In this document: one piece after another, positions 1-10,692 of the stretch
Layout: the number at the start of each line of letters is the position of its first letter
How positions within the stretch are numbered: position 1 is the first letter of the stretch
Assembly: GCA_040285855.1 (NCBI GenBank)
Contig: JAUFOQ010000002.1
Location: 3,286,001-3,350,000 of the forward strand
Direction of reading: 5' to 3'
DNA from: Eukaryota sp. GEM-RC1
Taxonomy: Eukaryota
DNA length: 64,000 bases
Program-made: the position numbers and the translations under genes
The notes under the pieces: generated by a model
What the model was told of the DNA's origin: nothing
The model's database searches: none
What the model saw: only the letters and a program-made list of their open reading frames with translations

Positions 1-459
1 GGAATATCATACTCTTTATTCAAAACCTTACCCTTTGCTGCCTTTGGGGAATCCATCCCTCTAATACTGCAATCACTTATCATCTTTCTTCTTGTACTTT
101 GGTTTGAATATCAGACTGCTGTACCTACCATTATTGCTCTTCTTGCGGGAGTTTCGCTTACTCAGCTCATTTTATTCAGTGGAATTATTGGAGAACACAT
201 TGTTCTTCTGCAAAAGTGTGTAATTCTGTTCGGAATAGTATCAAGAATTGTACAGTTGCGAAAACTTTTCAAAAGTAGGACAGCTCTTTCTATCAGTCTT
301 TTGTCGGTATTTTTTATGTTTTTTGGAAATTTCATCCGATTCATCACGTTACTTTCGACTAAGGATTCTCTCATTATTGCTTCTAGTGGAACTGGGGTCA
401 TTTTAAATGGGATGATATTCTTCACTTCGTTCCATTTTAGTAAGAACAAAATCGAATAA
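1..459 (+). CDS. MPDU1: PQ-loop membrane protein, MPDU1/Lec35-like; C-terminal part, 5' end outside the window
   Basis: Frame 1 is open from base 1 to TAA at 457-459: GISYSLFKTLPFAAFGESIPLILQSLII...SRIVQLRKLFKSRTALSIS...GNFIRFITL. It is hydrophobic and resembles the MPDU1 motifs LPFSAYGE, RIPQ..KNF..KSTG.LS and G...R.FT (recognised by eye). Confidence 0.7.
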   Translation, partial: GISYSLFKTLPFAAFGESIPLILQSLIIFLLVLWFEYQTAVPTIIALLAGVSLTQLILFSGIIGEHIVLLQKCVILFGIVSRIVQLRKLFKSRTALSISLLSVFFMFFGNFIRFITLLSTKDSLIIASSGTGVILNGMIFFTSFHFSKNKIE

Positions 460-747
460 ACTTAGGGTAATCACAAAAAGTGGCAAATTCATTTAGATTC
501 AGTTTATTCTTCGTAAATGAATCTTGTGTGCCAACACACAACACACTTGTTTTATACACACGATAGAAGAGACAATTCAGATGCCATTAAATATTGTCTG
601 TTACAGCTGAGCCCCAGCTGTTGTAAACAATTGTTGTACCAGTTTTTGAACAGAAGAACCTTACTATAAGGATACCTTTAGGGGAATAAAGATTCCAGAG
701 TTAGCAAAGTTGCAAATATTCAACAAAATGTATAAACAACAACACTC

Positions 748-1010
748 TTTTGAAGAACTTTGTAAAGAAAGGAAGTGTAAGTTTGAAATATCTGAATACA
801 AAAACCGGATTGTGTTTTCCATTTATAGGAATATGTTTTTCCATTTGGCTCATTTAGTGGAGAAACCTCACAAGTGTGTGTGAACGTTAGTGTTGAAAAC
901 GTAATCTTTTACCGGATAGGGATGAAGTTGTTTGGATTTAGTCTGATTGTTATGTATATATATTATCAATTCATATGTTTGCAGGAAGGTTCCCTTTTGA
1001 GTACTGAGTA
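748..1010 (+). pseudogene. Degenerate 3' end of an RLE non-LTR retrotransposon (lineage A-like)
   Basis: FEELCKERKCKFEISEYKNRIVFSIYRNM and the following 3' UTR align by eye with 9870-10140. Confidence 0.75.
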
Positions 1011-1019
1011 AACAATCAC

Positions 1020-1215
1020 AACAACAGTAAAGTGTACGAACATGTATTAGTCAATATCCTCAAATTCCAAAGCGCCTATTTGGAAATTCTGACCAATCTT
1101 ATCCTCATAATGTCTGCCAAGAGATAATAAAGCAATAGAAACAGAAGTCACCATACCCCTAAAAATAGCAAACACAATTCGAGTTTTTCAAAATTTAAGA
1201 TCACAGTTTATTTGA
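1020..1215 (-). pseudogene. Degenerate 3' end of an RLE retrotransposon (lineage D)
   Basis: The minus strand reads KTRIVFAIFRGMVTSVSIALLSLGRHYEDKIGQNFQIG. It is a diverged homolog of the module repeated in the array (e.g. 29560-29740). Confidence 0.65.
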
Positions 1216-1271
1216 TCTCAATCTTTGTAGAACAGAAATACAACACGAAAAAAAAAGTGAGATGAGATCAC

Positions 1272-1400
1272 TAACTAGAACGCAGTAACATTAAAGCAAC
1301 ATTCATTGCCATTGAATCTCACAGAAGATTTTTCATCTTAGATAGTACTGAGAGCTAAATGAGCTTTCGAGATCATAGCAGGAATTGATTTAAAGTTTGT
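1272..1400 (-). pseudogene. Degenerate 3' end of an RLE retrotransposon (lineage B)
   Basis: The minus strand reads FKSIPAMISKAHLALSTI*DEKSSVRFNGNECCFNVTAF*, matching FKTIPIMISKALLALSVFYEEKADVSFNGNDCCFNDIEF* in the array. Confidence 0.7.
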
Positions 1401-2489
1401 AGTTTCCTTTTATTAGATGTATGTACACTGTAGCTTTGTTGTCAACAAAGAATGGTCTTAAACCAATTAACAACAACAGGTTGTGACTAGTAAGTTGCAA
1501 TTTACACATTCAGTTGGGGAGCCCTTGTAGTACTTTTTATTTAGTTTATGTTTTGTTAATGTTTTAGATATTCTTGACCATAAATCCCCTTTAGTTTATG
1601 TACAAATGAATGAACGTTTGTCGATGAGAGTTTAAAATCATGGATTCAAACGACTACAACGAAAAGCGCCTAGCACAAACACATGGAGGGATTTTTTCAA
1701 GAATTGTAAACAGTAACAAACAGCTACCACAAATGTCAAATGTGGTAGTGTGGCGGCAATCAGACAGGGATTTCAAAATCCCTTGGCGGCACTAGCAGTG
1801 TTTGGAATTTAGTTCACTGTTTCCACATCTATATAGGTGGTCCTCGGTCCTCGTACATTGTATTATGACTACACCTTGTACCATAGGCTCTTTGCTTCTT
1901 TCACTTGATATCGAAATTTCTGCAACTTTAACAGAATTGAACGATGGTTTGATGCATTTCGAACAACATCAGTCCTTGAAAGCTTTCTCCGTCACTCAGG
2001 AAGGAAAAGGAAAAGATCTTCTTGAATGTGCTCGTCCATCTTCAAATGATCTTCTACATGCCCTTGCTTTGGAACTACTGGATTCTACGCAAACTTTTCT
2101 CAAGGATTTCAGCCGACTCTGATTCGAAAAGATCATTCTAAGACCTGAGTTTTGTACTGGACTTTTGTATGGACGAATGGTTCTCTCTTTTCGAGGAAAC
2201 AAAGTTCATCTCGGAGGACAAGAAAGTTGACGGTGATCTTTGGATTTGTTCGCCATCCACGTAAAATGTCTTTTCAGGTCTGTTTAGTTTAGTTTAGAGA
2301 CTTATATCCAGGGATCCTTGTAGTCGGTTCAAAAACTACGTAATCACACGTGTAACACTGATGTGGCGTGGAGTGTCTCAGAACAACTATTAGAACTTCT
2401 ATTTTTAACTAGTTTCTGTTTTTAATCAAACAAATTTAGAAATTACATTGTACTTAGTTAGTGACTTTCTTTTCAGACTTTGATTAATA

Positions 2490-3284
2490 CAGTATCTCTC
2501 TATATCTTCTCGCCTTTGGGAACACAAAAACCGAGAAGATATAGAGAGCGAGAAGATATACAATTATGTTTAAAACCCAAATAATACATATGTTTATTAA
2601 GTCTACTCAATAACAATCACATGTGCATTGTTTGAAGAGTGGAAAAAGTGCATCAAAGTTCTTTGGCTCAATTCTTCAACTCTTAATTCCTGAAACTCAC
2701 GTTAAACTTCATCCAAAGTGTATTACGAGGAGTGTTTTCAGTGAAAGTTGACAGAAACATAGGATTGCAAAGCTGTAAGAGCATTTTATACTTCTGTTCT
2801 AGAGACTTCAGCTTGTGGTTGCCAGAATTACGTCTTCAGTGATTAACATCAGTGACAAGTTCATTTCCACAAACAAAACAAGAGCTGCATCTAGTTCAGA
2901 ATATTTTAATGTTCGTGTCCTTTTGATTGTCTTAACTTCTTTTCTAGTGTAATTGCTTGTTCAAGAATTTGAGCACGTCGTTTGAGTATTTTTACTATAG
3001 TTGTTCGGTGAGGAGGTGCAGGAAAATTGAAGGTTTCTTTGGCCACAGGGCTAGATCGGTATTCTTTAAGTGTGCATTTTTATCAGCATACTAAATGAGT
3101 AGCGCTGATTGTTTGACACCAATTTCTACGGGTTTTGGTTTACGATGTTTGATAGTTTGGCTCATAAAAAGCGAGAAGATATAAACCGAGAAGTTAGATA
3201 ACCAAATGACTTAGGGAATTGAAAAAAGCGAGAATTTATAGAGAGTGAGAAGATATACAGCGAGAAGATATAGAGAGGATACTG
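2490..3284 (-). mobile_element. Internally deleted pogo/Tigger-like (Tc1/mariner superfamily) DNA transposon
   Basis: TIRs CAGTATC(C)TCTCTATATCTTCTCGC (24/25 bp, one indel) with TA on both sides (2488-2489, 3285-3286) and internal CGAGAAGATATA repeats. Minus-strand remnants include a CENP-B-type HTH (KETFNFPAPPHRTTIVKILKRR) and a C-terminal PIP-box-like QRTLMHFF. No DDD domain is visible. Confidence 0.85.
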
Positions 3285-3941
3285 TACATGATCCACTGAA
3301 GGACGCTGAGAACGCTAAAGTGTCAATGTGCGTACATCAAGTTGTTGCATTGAATTCACGTAGACACAATAATATCGTCTTTCAGTCATTTGCGGTTTTT
3401 TGTACGGAAATTTCGGTTTTTCTTTAAAGGTGGTTTTAAATATGTTTGAAACTAACAAATCGTACTGGAGGAGTAAATTTGCTTTTTGGATTTTTAAGTC
3501 AATGTATAGATATTTTGATTCCATTTTGTCCAAATTGTTCGGTGGTCACTACTTTTCGTAATTGGGTGGTTCGTTTGAAAGTTCGTTTTAATAGTCTACA
3601 TTTATCTGCTGTTTTCTTGTTGTGTGTTTTTCTCCGCACATAAATCTGATTTCACATGTAATTTTGTATTCATAGAGGTCTGTTTTTACACTTACAAATA
3701 GAGTACAGAATACGAATATCATCAATATTAACAAAGGAGATACCATTACCTCTCATCTTCATGTCTCAATTCAAACAAACTTTTGAGAGTCGATTCAAAA
3801 CACCTAAACAATGCATTAAACAGGAAGAATCACAAACGGCATCTTCTCTGACTGTCAACAAAATTCTTTTCATACTGTTCACACAAAATTTCCGAAAAAT
3901 GTAAGAAGCCAGTTCCTTGATTTCGCGTATTAACGATGAAC

Positions 3942-6463
3942 TAGGGCTGCCAATGGGAGATGGGAGTTTCTCCCACTCCCAACACGTGTTCTCCCACTAC
4001 CACTCCCACCTCCCACTTGGTCATAGGTGAGACTCCCACTCCCACTCCCACTCCCAACAAATTCTCCCAACTCCCACCCAACTCCCATTTTTGTATCTTC
4101 TAGTACAATGACACTTTACTTTATAAACATAACAATCACTAACTCTATCTCTGATTCATGAACAACTCTCTCATCTCCCGACATTTGAACCAAGATTTCA
4201 AACAAAGTACTGCTTCAATAGAATCACTACTCAAGGAAGCTCTTAACTTCGTAACAACACACCCTGCCTGAGAAAATAACTGTTCACTTGGAACTGATGA
4301 GGCTTGTGCTGTCATATAGTTCTTGGCATATGCGGATAGTCGTGGATACCTGTTGAAATTCTGTTTCCACCAGTCTGTTGCTTCAGTTTCAACAGTTTCT
4401 TCCATGGTGTATCTTAGCACTTCGGTCTGAGCACTCCCTTTCCCTTCAGACGTTTTACCAGTTCTTCTTTTACCTAATGCGGTTTTCATTAGCCCTGTTT
4501 GGGGTTTTTCCTTCTCTTTAGGCTTGTTCTCCTCTTCAGGCTTCATTTTTTTGGCAGCTTCTTCCTCACATATCAATTGCGTTTTCAATTGTTTCCAGAA
4601 AAATTTTGCTTTCGATTTCACTCAATGCTGAGTGATTTAACTTGATGCGAGGATCCAGGAACGTGGCTAAAATGTTTTCGAATCTCCAGAAATCATCATA
4701 GTATTTTCTCATGACGACAAACATAGCATCAATAATATCATTAAGCAGGATATCTCCTTTCTGTAAGGCAATTTTTTGTTGTTCAATCAAGTGATCACCT
4801 AAGTAGTCAAGAATAATAATTACTTTGCCGAATGAGGGATAAGAAGAGGTGGAAAACTCCTTTGTTGCTTCGAAAAAAGGATTCAAAAGGTCCAGGAAAG
4901 ATTCGATATCAGCGTAGTCATGAATTTTTAAGTCATTCAAAGTTTCAGCACCAGCAAGTGTTCATTCAACCACAATTTTCAATTCCACGTACCTTTTGAT
5001 CATTAGGTAAGTAGAATTCCATCTAATTTCTACATCCACTGGAATTGTATTGGTACGATTTAAATCTTCAGCTACCAACATCTTTCGAAATGCTTCCACG
5101 GTAGTCGATGAGGTGTGAAGCTTCTTCGCAAAAGTCCGAATTTTTGGAATCGAGTCATTTCTGGAATTTAAAACCTCAATTCCTGCTTTAACAATTAAAT
5201 TAAGAGTATGGGGAGCACAACCTCTATGAAAGTCAATAATACCTCTCTGTTGCAGTAAATTTTTAACACTGGTCATTGTGTTTTCATTATCAGTAGTTAA
5301 ACACAACACATTTTCTATCAAACCAAATTCAGTGACAATTTCTTCCACAGCATCAGCAATGTTGATGGCAGTGTGGTTTTCTTTCAAATGCTTAAAACCG
5401 AGGACGTAAGTGTTTAATTGCCAGTCTTCAACACAGTGAACTGTTACCCCAATAAAATGTGTGTTTGTATTTGATGTCCACCCATCAATCGTAATAGATA
5501 CTTTAGAAGAATTACACACATTTTTGAATTTATCTATCAAGTATCCTTTAAATAACTCATAAACATTCAAAATATCGTTTCTTATCGTGGTTCGTTTTGG
5601 AATTTTGAATGAATCTGAAAGAGAGGAAACAAATTCGATAAAATCAGGGTGCTCAACCAGACTAAAAGGCAATGAGCCATTAACAATAAGTGTCAACAAT
5701 AGTTTCCGGGGGTCTTTTTTTTCAGTGGGGAACAGCTTGGGCTGTCTCAGATCGGGTTTTTTTCAGGTAAGATTGCGATAACACGTTCATCGTCACAATG
5801 TTTCCTCGTGCAATGGTCTTTAATTGAAGAAGTAAAGAGCTTTTCGCCATATTTGTACACAGATTTGCACACAATGCACCGGATACTTGTTGTTCCATTT
5901 TCTCCGGCACTCAACAGAGACTGGTTGTTTACAAATTCTTCGACAAGAGACCACCAAGGAGATGGTTTTTTTCGTCCGGATGTAGGAGAAATAACAGACA
6001 GAACTCTTGAAGGTTGAGTCAAATCAACAAGCTCGGGTTCAGGGTCTTCAGCAGCTTCATAAAGTCGTTCTGACAGTATTTGGACTTCATAATCTTCAGA
6101 TAAATCAAGCGATGACATTGGTTGAAATTTACAGATGAACAACCACACTCTTTATAAAACGAAAATAAATAAAATACCAAAACAAAAACAGTAAAAATGT
6201 AATACACTTAGTCCTATTAATATTCTAGAAAAATTATAACTGTATTTGTCTAGCTAGCTTGTTTCTGTCTTAAAATTGAAGTTAGAGTTGTGTCTGCAAA
6301 TGGGAGATGGGAGTTTTTGGGAGTTCCCACCTCCCAAAGAAGAGCTCCCACTCCCACTCCTACTCCCAAAAATTGCTACTGAGCTCCCACTCCCACTCCC
6401 AAGGGTCATGGGAGATGGGAGTTGGGTGGGAGTTGGGAGAAATGGGAGAAATTGACAGCCCTA
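3942..6463 (-). mobile_element. hAT DNA transposon, family 1 (full length)
   Basis: 13-bp TIRs TAGGGCTGCCAAT / TAGGGCTGTCAAT, a perfect 8-bp TSD CGATGAAC (3934-3941, 6464-6471), and CTCCCA/TGGGAG subterminal repeats at both ends. Confidence 0.97.
4145..6148 (-). pseudogene. hAT transposase, disrupted
   Basis: Four collinear ORFs carry a BED finger (CIVC...HCTRKH), ITIDGWT, TTDNE, CAPH, RWNSTY, LDPR and the dimerisation motif ASSVPSEQLFS. Breaks: a frameshift in an A-run near 5760, an in-frame TGA at 4962-4964, and a frameshift near 4570-4620. Confidence 0.93.
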
Positions 6464-6583
6464 CGATGAACTCATAATTTCTCTCCCTGAAGTTATTTCC
6501 GTTGCTTCTGATAAACTTCTTGATCTTTCACGAGTTTCGTCGTGGTTAAAGAAAGACAGTTCTGTGCTTGACTCTCTTCCGCC

Positions 6584-6778
6584 GTGGAATCTCGCAACCA
6601 GCAGCGTTCTAATGACAGAAAACGCAAAAAATGCTTTAAATGCCATAGACCTGACCACAAAGCCAATGAATGCTCTTATACAGCCAAAGTGGAATCCAGC
6701 TACTCCATCATCATAGATGAACCTACTTTCGACAATAGCTGTTATACAAATCCTATAAAAAAAGCTGAGAAGGGGTAG
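6584..6778 (+). pseudogene. Gag-like relic with a CCHC zinc knuckle (probably an LTR retrotransposon remnant interrupted by the hAT)
   Basis: CFKCHRPDHKANEC matches CX2CX4HX4C at 6632-6673, preceded by a basic stretch (RKRKK). Confidence 0.6.
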
Positions 6779-7244
6779 TGTTAGTGAAGATAGCGATACC
6801 TACATGTAGTAGATATCTTCACATCTGATAACGTGTCACTTAGTCTTAAGGATTTCTCTGTTAACAATAAACTCTTCTTTATTCTTATCAACGTTGACCT
6901 TACGGCAACAATTTGTAAAGATTGTCTTTCTGTTGATACTCATGGACCTCCGGTCAAAATTCTGAATCAACTCAGCCCCAAAGGTTCAATTCCTTTTCTA
7001 TTGCTTTTCGGTCTTTTACTCTAGCGCTTTCACTAGGTTCTTGGGATGTTCTTCACATCTGGAAGTTTTTTCTTGAGAAACAATCTCAATCCTGCACTCG
7101 CCTTGCGAAAGTTCGTGCTCCAAAGAAACTACCAAAAGAAAAAGTTGTACGTCAACAACTTCTTCGAGGTAGCTATGATTCAGCTAAAAACTAAATCAAA
7201 TACATTTATTATCTTTAGATGTGAGTAAACATGTTTCTTTAAAA

Positions 7245-7356
7245 AATGGGGTTTATGATCAATCAGTGAAATAAATGCATTTGCAGAAGTTAATAACTAA
7301 GACACTAACGACAGTATCTAAACTATGATCCTTCTGTCCATCACCGAACAACTTGT
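7245..7356 (-). mobile_element. Single diverged copy of the lineage-C module (probable retroelement 3' end)
   Basis: GGGGTTTATGATCAATCAGTGAAA...CTTCTGTCCATCACCGAACAACTT, the same module that recurs once per macro-unit from 10310 onward. Confidence 0.6.
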
Positions 7357-7359
7357 CTG

Positions 7360-8052
7360 TTTATTTTGCTATGCTTCAGGTCTGTTTTGCCGGGAAATTT
7401 AATCATTTTTACGTTCATTACACTATTCCCTTACTGAAACATTTGCCAAGAAATTTAATTCTATTATGATAAATTTTCTCTCTAACTTGGCTGAAATTGA
7501 TGAGTCTAAGATTCCATTTCATGCTTTTTATTCTTCTGAATTCGCAGGAGTAGTACCCATGCAAAAATCATTAGAAAATCTGCTTTTTTAGGAGGTGTTA
7601 AGAAGTTTATGTTTGGATTTTTGAAACGGTTTCCGTTGGATGGAATCAATCTGTTGAATTCTAATAATTGCCGTTGGATTCCATCTGCTAAAGATTTGGT
7701 ATCATCATTGTCTCCTGAAATGTGGGAGTCTTTGTTTACTGCTCACTTAAAGGAGACTCCTTCAAAAAATATTTCATCTCTACCGTCTGCTGGATGTAAA
7801 CTAAAAAATTAATTGACAAAGGAGTTTGAACTCTTGTACTTTAATAATCGTATTAGCTTGGCTAAAACTAATAGTCCCGCGTTCGCTGCTTTTTTTAATT
7901 GACCTTTGTAATAGTGGACCTTCTGGATTTATTTCTCAAATTCCTAAGGTGTATGGATTACATCTATCTGATGAAGCTGGGATGATCAATATGCGTCTTC
8001 GTTTGGCTAACCTAGACGATTAGTTTGGTGCTCCTAATCAGATCCGCACTTG
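7360..8052 (+). pseudogene. RLE non-LTR retrotransposon relic, post-RT thumb/linker region (lineage A-like)
   Basis: With frameshifts it reads MLQVCFAGKFNHFLRSL...FELLYFNNRISLAKTNSPAFAAFLIDLCNSGPSGFISQIPKVYGLHLSDE...INMRLRL. This is homologous to lineage B FECLDFQIRLGSAKEKNPAFSNCLIDL...INQIPQIYGLLLND. Confidence 0.7.
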
Positions 8053-9409
8053 TAAAAACAATAAATGAGTGATGAAAAGAAAGAAGATTTAATCATATAG
8101 GTGTGAAAAGTTTCAATAATGAGTAAAACAGAAGATATATGATGGTGTTTTTGTATAAAGACTAGCTGTAGGAATCGACCAAAACATACTACTTTTCTGA
8201 ATTTTCACAAACCCGTTTTACGGAAAGTATTGCAATAAGTTGAAATAATTAATTGGAGTTTTCTGCTAGTGATTTTCCGATACACCTTTTTCGATCCCTG
8301 ACTGAAACTACTGAATTCGGTTTTACACTAGAATTGATCTCAGATTTCGGAAAAAGAGAAAGGTATTCACTATCTTAAAGGTTTGAACACTTCTGTTTCC
8401 GATGCTGTACTATCTCTTGAAAGACATTATGAAGTAGAGTTGGGCAAAACTTGACTTGTGTTAGCCAAAGGTATTAGTATAGTTACGTAGTCATTATAAT
8501 TCATTTATAAACATCTTTCCCTTTCCCTTTGTACTGAAGGTATCAATACTTTATAGTCCATGGGAAAAAGGTGAAACGATGCTAACCCGAGTCCTTCTAG
8601 TGAAGACTCGTCTAATCGTAGTTTCTATGAGTCCAGCTCATAAGATTCCATTTCTTACCGATATAAGTCCTGTTTCGTAGTCCCTCTCCTTCAAAAGGAG
8701 GCGGAAGCTCATCTCCCTCAGCCAATTTGGAATGCGGAGGTGATGCGGGAGACAGACCCCCATCCTCTGCGGATGGCGGCTTCTCCAAAGAGGTAAGTCC
8801 CCCAGCCTATACGGAAGGCGGCAGTCAAGGAGGTCTAACTTCCTCAGTAATAGACATTGAGTCTTTATTGAACAAGTTTAGATCTACTAGAGGTTATCAG
8901 CAGGGTTACGCTGCCACTGTGTCAGCAGAAAGTAACCTTGAACCTGTTTTTGTTTATACAAGTAGCATCTTTTTTAACCAATAGTAACAGTAGTTCTGTT
9001 GTTGTTTGTAAATAAAGAATTTGTATTAACAGAGTACCAGTTCCTCAAGTGAGGTCAACTGAAGTGACTAATGAGATCATCGATTTATTCGTAAAGGATA
9101 CATCAATGTAGATCCAAGTCAACAACTTTCCCATCTGAGGATGGATGCCTATCATTGATAGAAGAACTCAATCATTCTTCAAGAATTCACTCACACTCTG
9201 AGGAATTCACAAGACTATTGATCCACATTTGTGTTGTTCGTATTGATGTTATGTCTTGAATCTGTCTCATTCGTTAATGGACCATCTAGCAATTCCCTTG
9301 TAGCAGGCTCATAAACAGATATTGTTTCTTTTGCACTTTATTCTGGAGATAGCAGCAGCTTATCAGTGTTTTGATATAAATAACTGTCTATATCTGATGT
9401 TTTACCTGT

Positions 9410-10150
9410 ACTATTCAACTTGCTCGGGTGAAGCTAACGGTGTTTTACGTCATTTACTTAATTGTCGTTATTTTATTCATCTATGTGCAGTAATTTATGA
9501 TGGTGTACGTGATTCTTGTTATTACATGTTTAAAGCACATGGATTTCACTCTACAGTTGAACCAGTTTTGAACCATCTTTCAGAAAATGAATTTACTGAT
9601 TAAAAAAGAGGGGATCTCCATACTCCGTGGCTTAAATCGAGTCAATCATTAATGGATTTTTACTACAGTAGATGTTTGTAACAAATCTTGTGTTAGTAGG
9701 ATATTAGATTCTTCTTTTAATCCGCTAACAGCAGCTGAAAAGCTCAAACACTCCAAGTATGACTCTCAAGTTGAAGAATTAAATCGAAACTCATATTCCA
9801 AATTTGTGTTTCAACCTTTTGTTTCTCTTTTTGGATCGATTAGTCCTGATGGTGATCAATTTTTCAAGGATTTCGAAGACCTGTGTAAAGAAAAGAAGCG
9901 TAAGTTTAGAATGGCTGAATGGAAAAACCGTATAGTGTTTTCCATATATCGGAATATGCCTTTCTATTTGTCTAGATTAATTGAGAAATTGTACAAGTTT
10001 GGTGTGAAGGTTCATGTAGATAAACGTAATCTTTTACCGGGTGGTGATGAAGTCGTTTGGATTTAATCTTAGTATTATTTGTTTGTTTTTACAATTTCAT
10101 AGTTTGTAGAAAGGTTACCTTATTGGGTGCCGAATAAACATCTCTTTTTT
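9410..10150 (+). pseudogene. RLE non-LTR retrotransposon 3' end (lineage A): zinc-knuckle remnant, PD-(D/E)xK-type endonuclease and 3' UTR
   Basis: HLLNC...IYDGVRD...VEP...KRGDL...TTVDVC...AEKLKHSKYD...FQPFVSLFG...WKNRIVF follows the motif order of CRE/R2/NeSL-type RLE domains. It ends AATAAACATCTCTTTTTTT. Confidence 0.88.
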
Positions 10151-10152
10151 TT

Positions 10153-10306
10153 TATATCGGAATATACCTTTCTATTTCTCTAGATTAATTGAGAAATTGT
10201 ACAAGTTTGGTGTGAATGTAATGTTGATAAACGTAATCTTTTAGCGGGTGGTGATGAAGTCGTTTGGATTTAATCTTAGTATTATTTGTTTGTATTTACA
10301 ATTTCA
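10153..10306 (+). repeat. Second, shorter lineage-A 3' fragment in tandem
   Basis: A slightly diverged direct repeat of 9946-10098, starting right after the T-rich tail of the first copy. Confidence 0.85.
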
Positions 10307-10692
10307 AAAAAAACGGGGTTTATGATCAGTCAGTGAAATTAATGCATTTGCAGAAGTTAATAACTAACAGACACTAACTAAAGTGTCTAAACTATGATCC
10401 TTCTGTCCATCATCGAACAACTTACCTAAAATTGAATTAAAATATCTGTGCATTGAACGATACAACGCAAACGTTAACCTACTCAACCAAAAATTAATTA
10501 AATTAGGTTTTGGTTGAATCGTATTGTTTTTACAATATTTAAAACAATTCCTATCATGATTTCAAAAGCTCTATTAGCTCTGAGTGTTTTTTATGAAGAA
10601 AAAGCTGATGTGAGTTTTAATGGCAATGATTGTTGCTTTAATGATATTGAGTTAAAATCATAAAAAACATATAGGAAAAAAAAACTTGGCTC

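Noticed and set aside
599..725. Possible short solo LTR (TGTT...AACA with TATA-like and AATAAA motifs)
   Set aside because: No TSD and no second copy in the window.
1680..2330. ORFs 1802-2122 (+) and 1996-2202 (-) and Cys-rich minus-strand patches
   Set aside because: No recognisable motif and several stops; left unassigned.
3955..4090. CTCCCA/TGGGAG runs as telomeric repeats (also 6300-6450)
   Set aside because: They are irregular and confined to the two ends of hAT1, so they are subterminal repeats.
6833..7228. Possible further RLE fragment (INVDLT...IPFLLLFG)
   Set aside because: The resemblance is too weak to call without a profile search.
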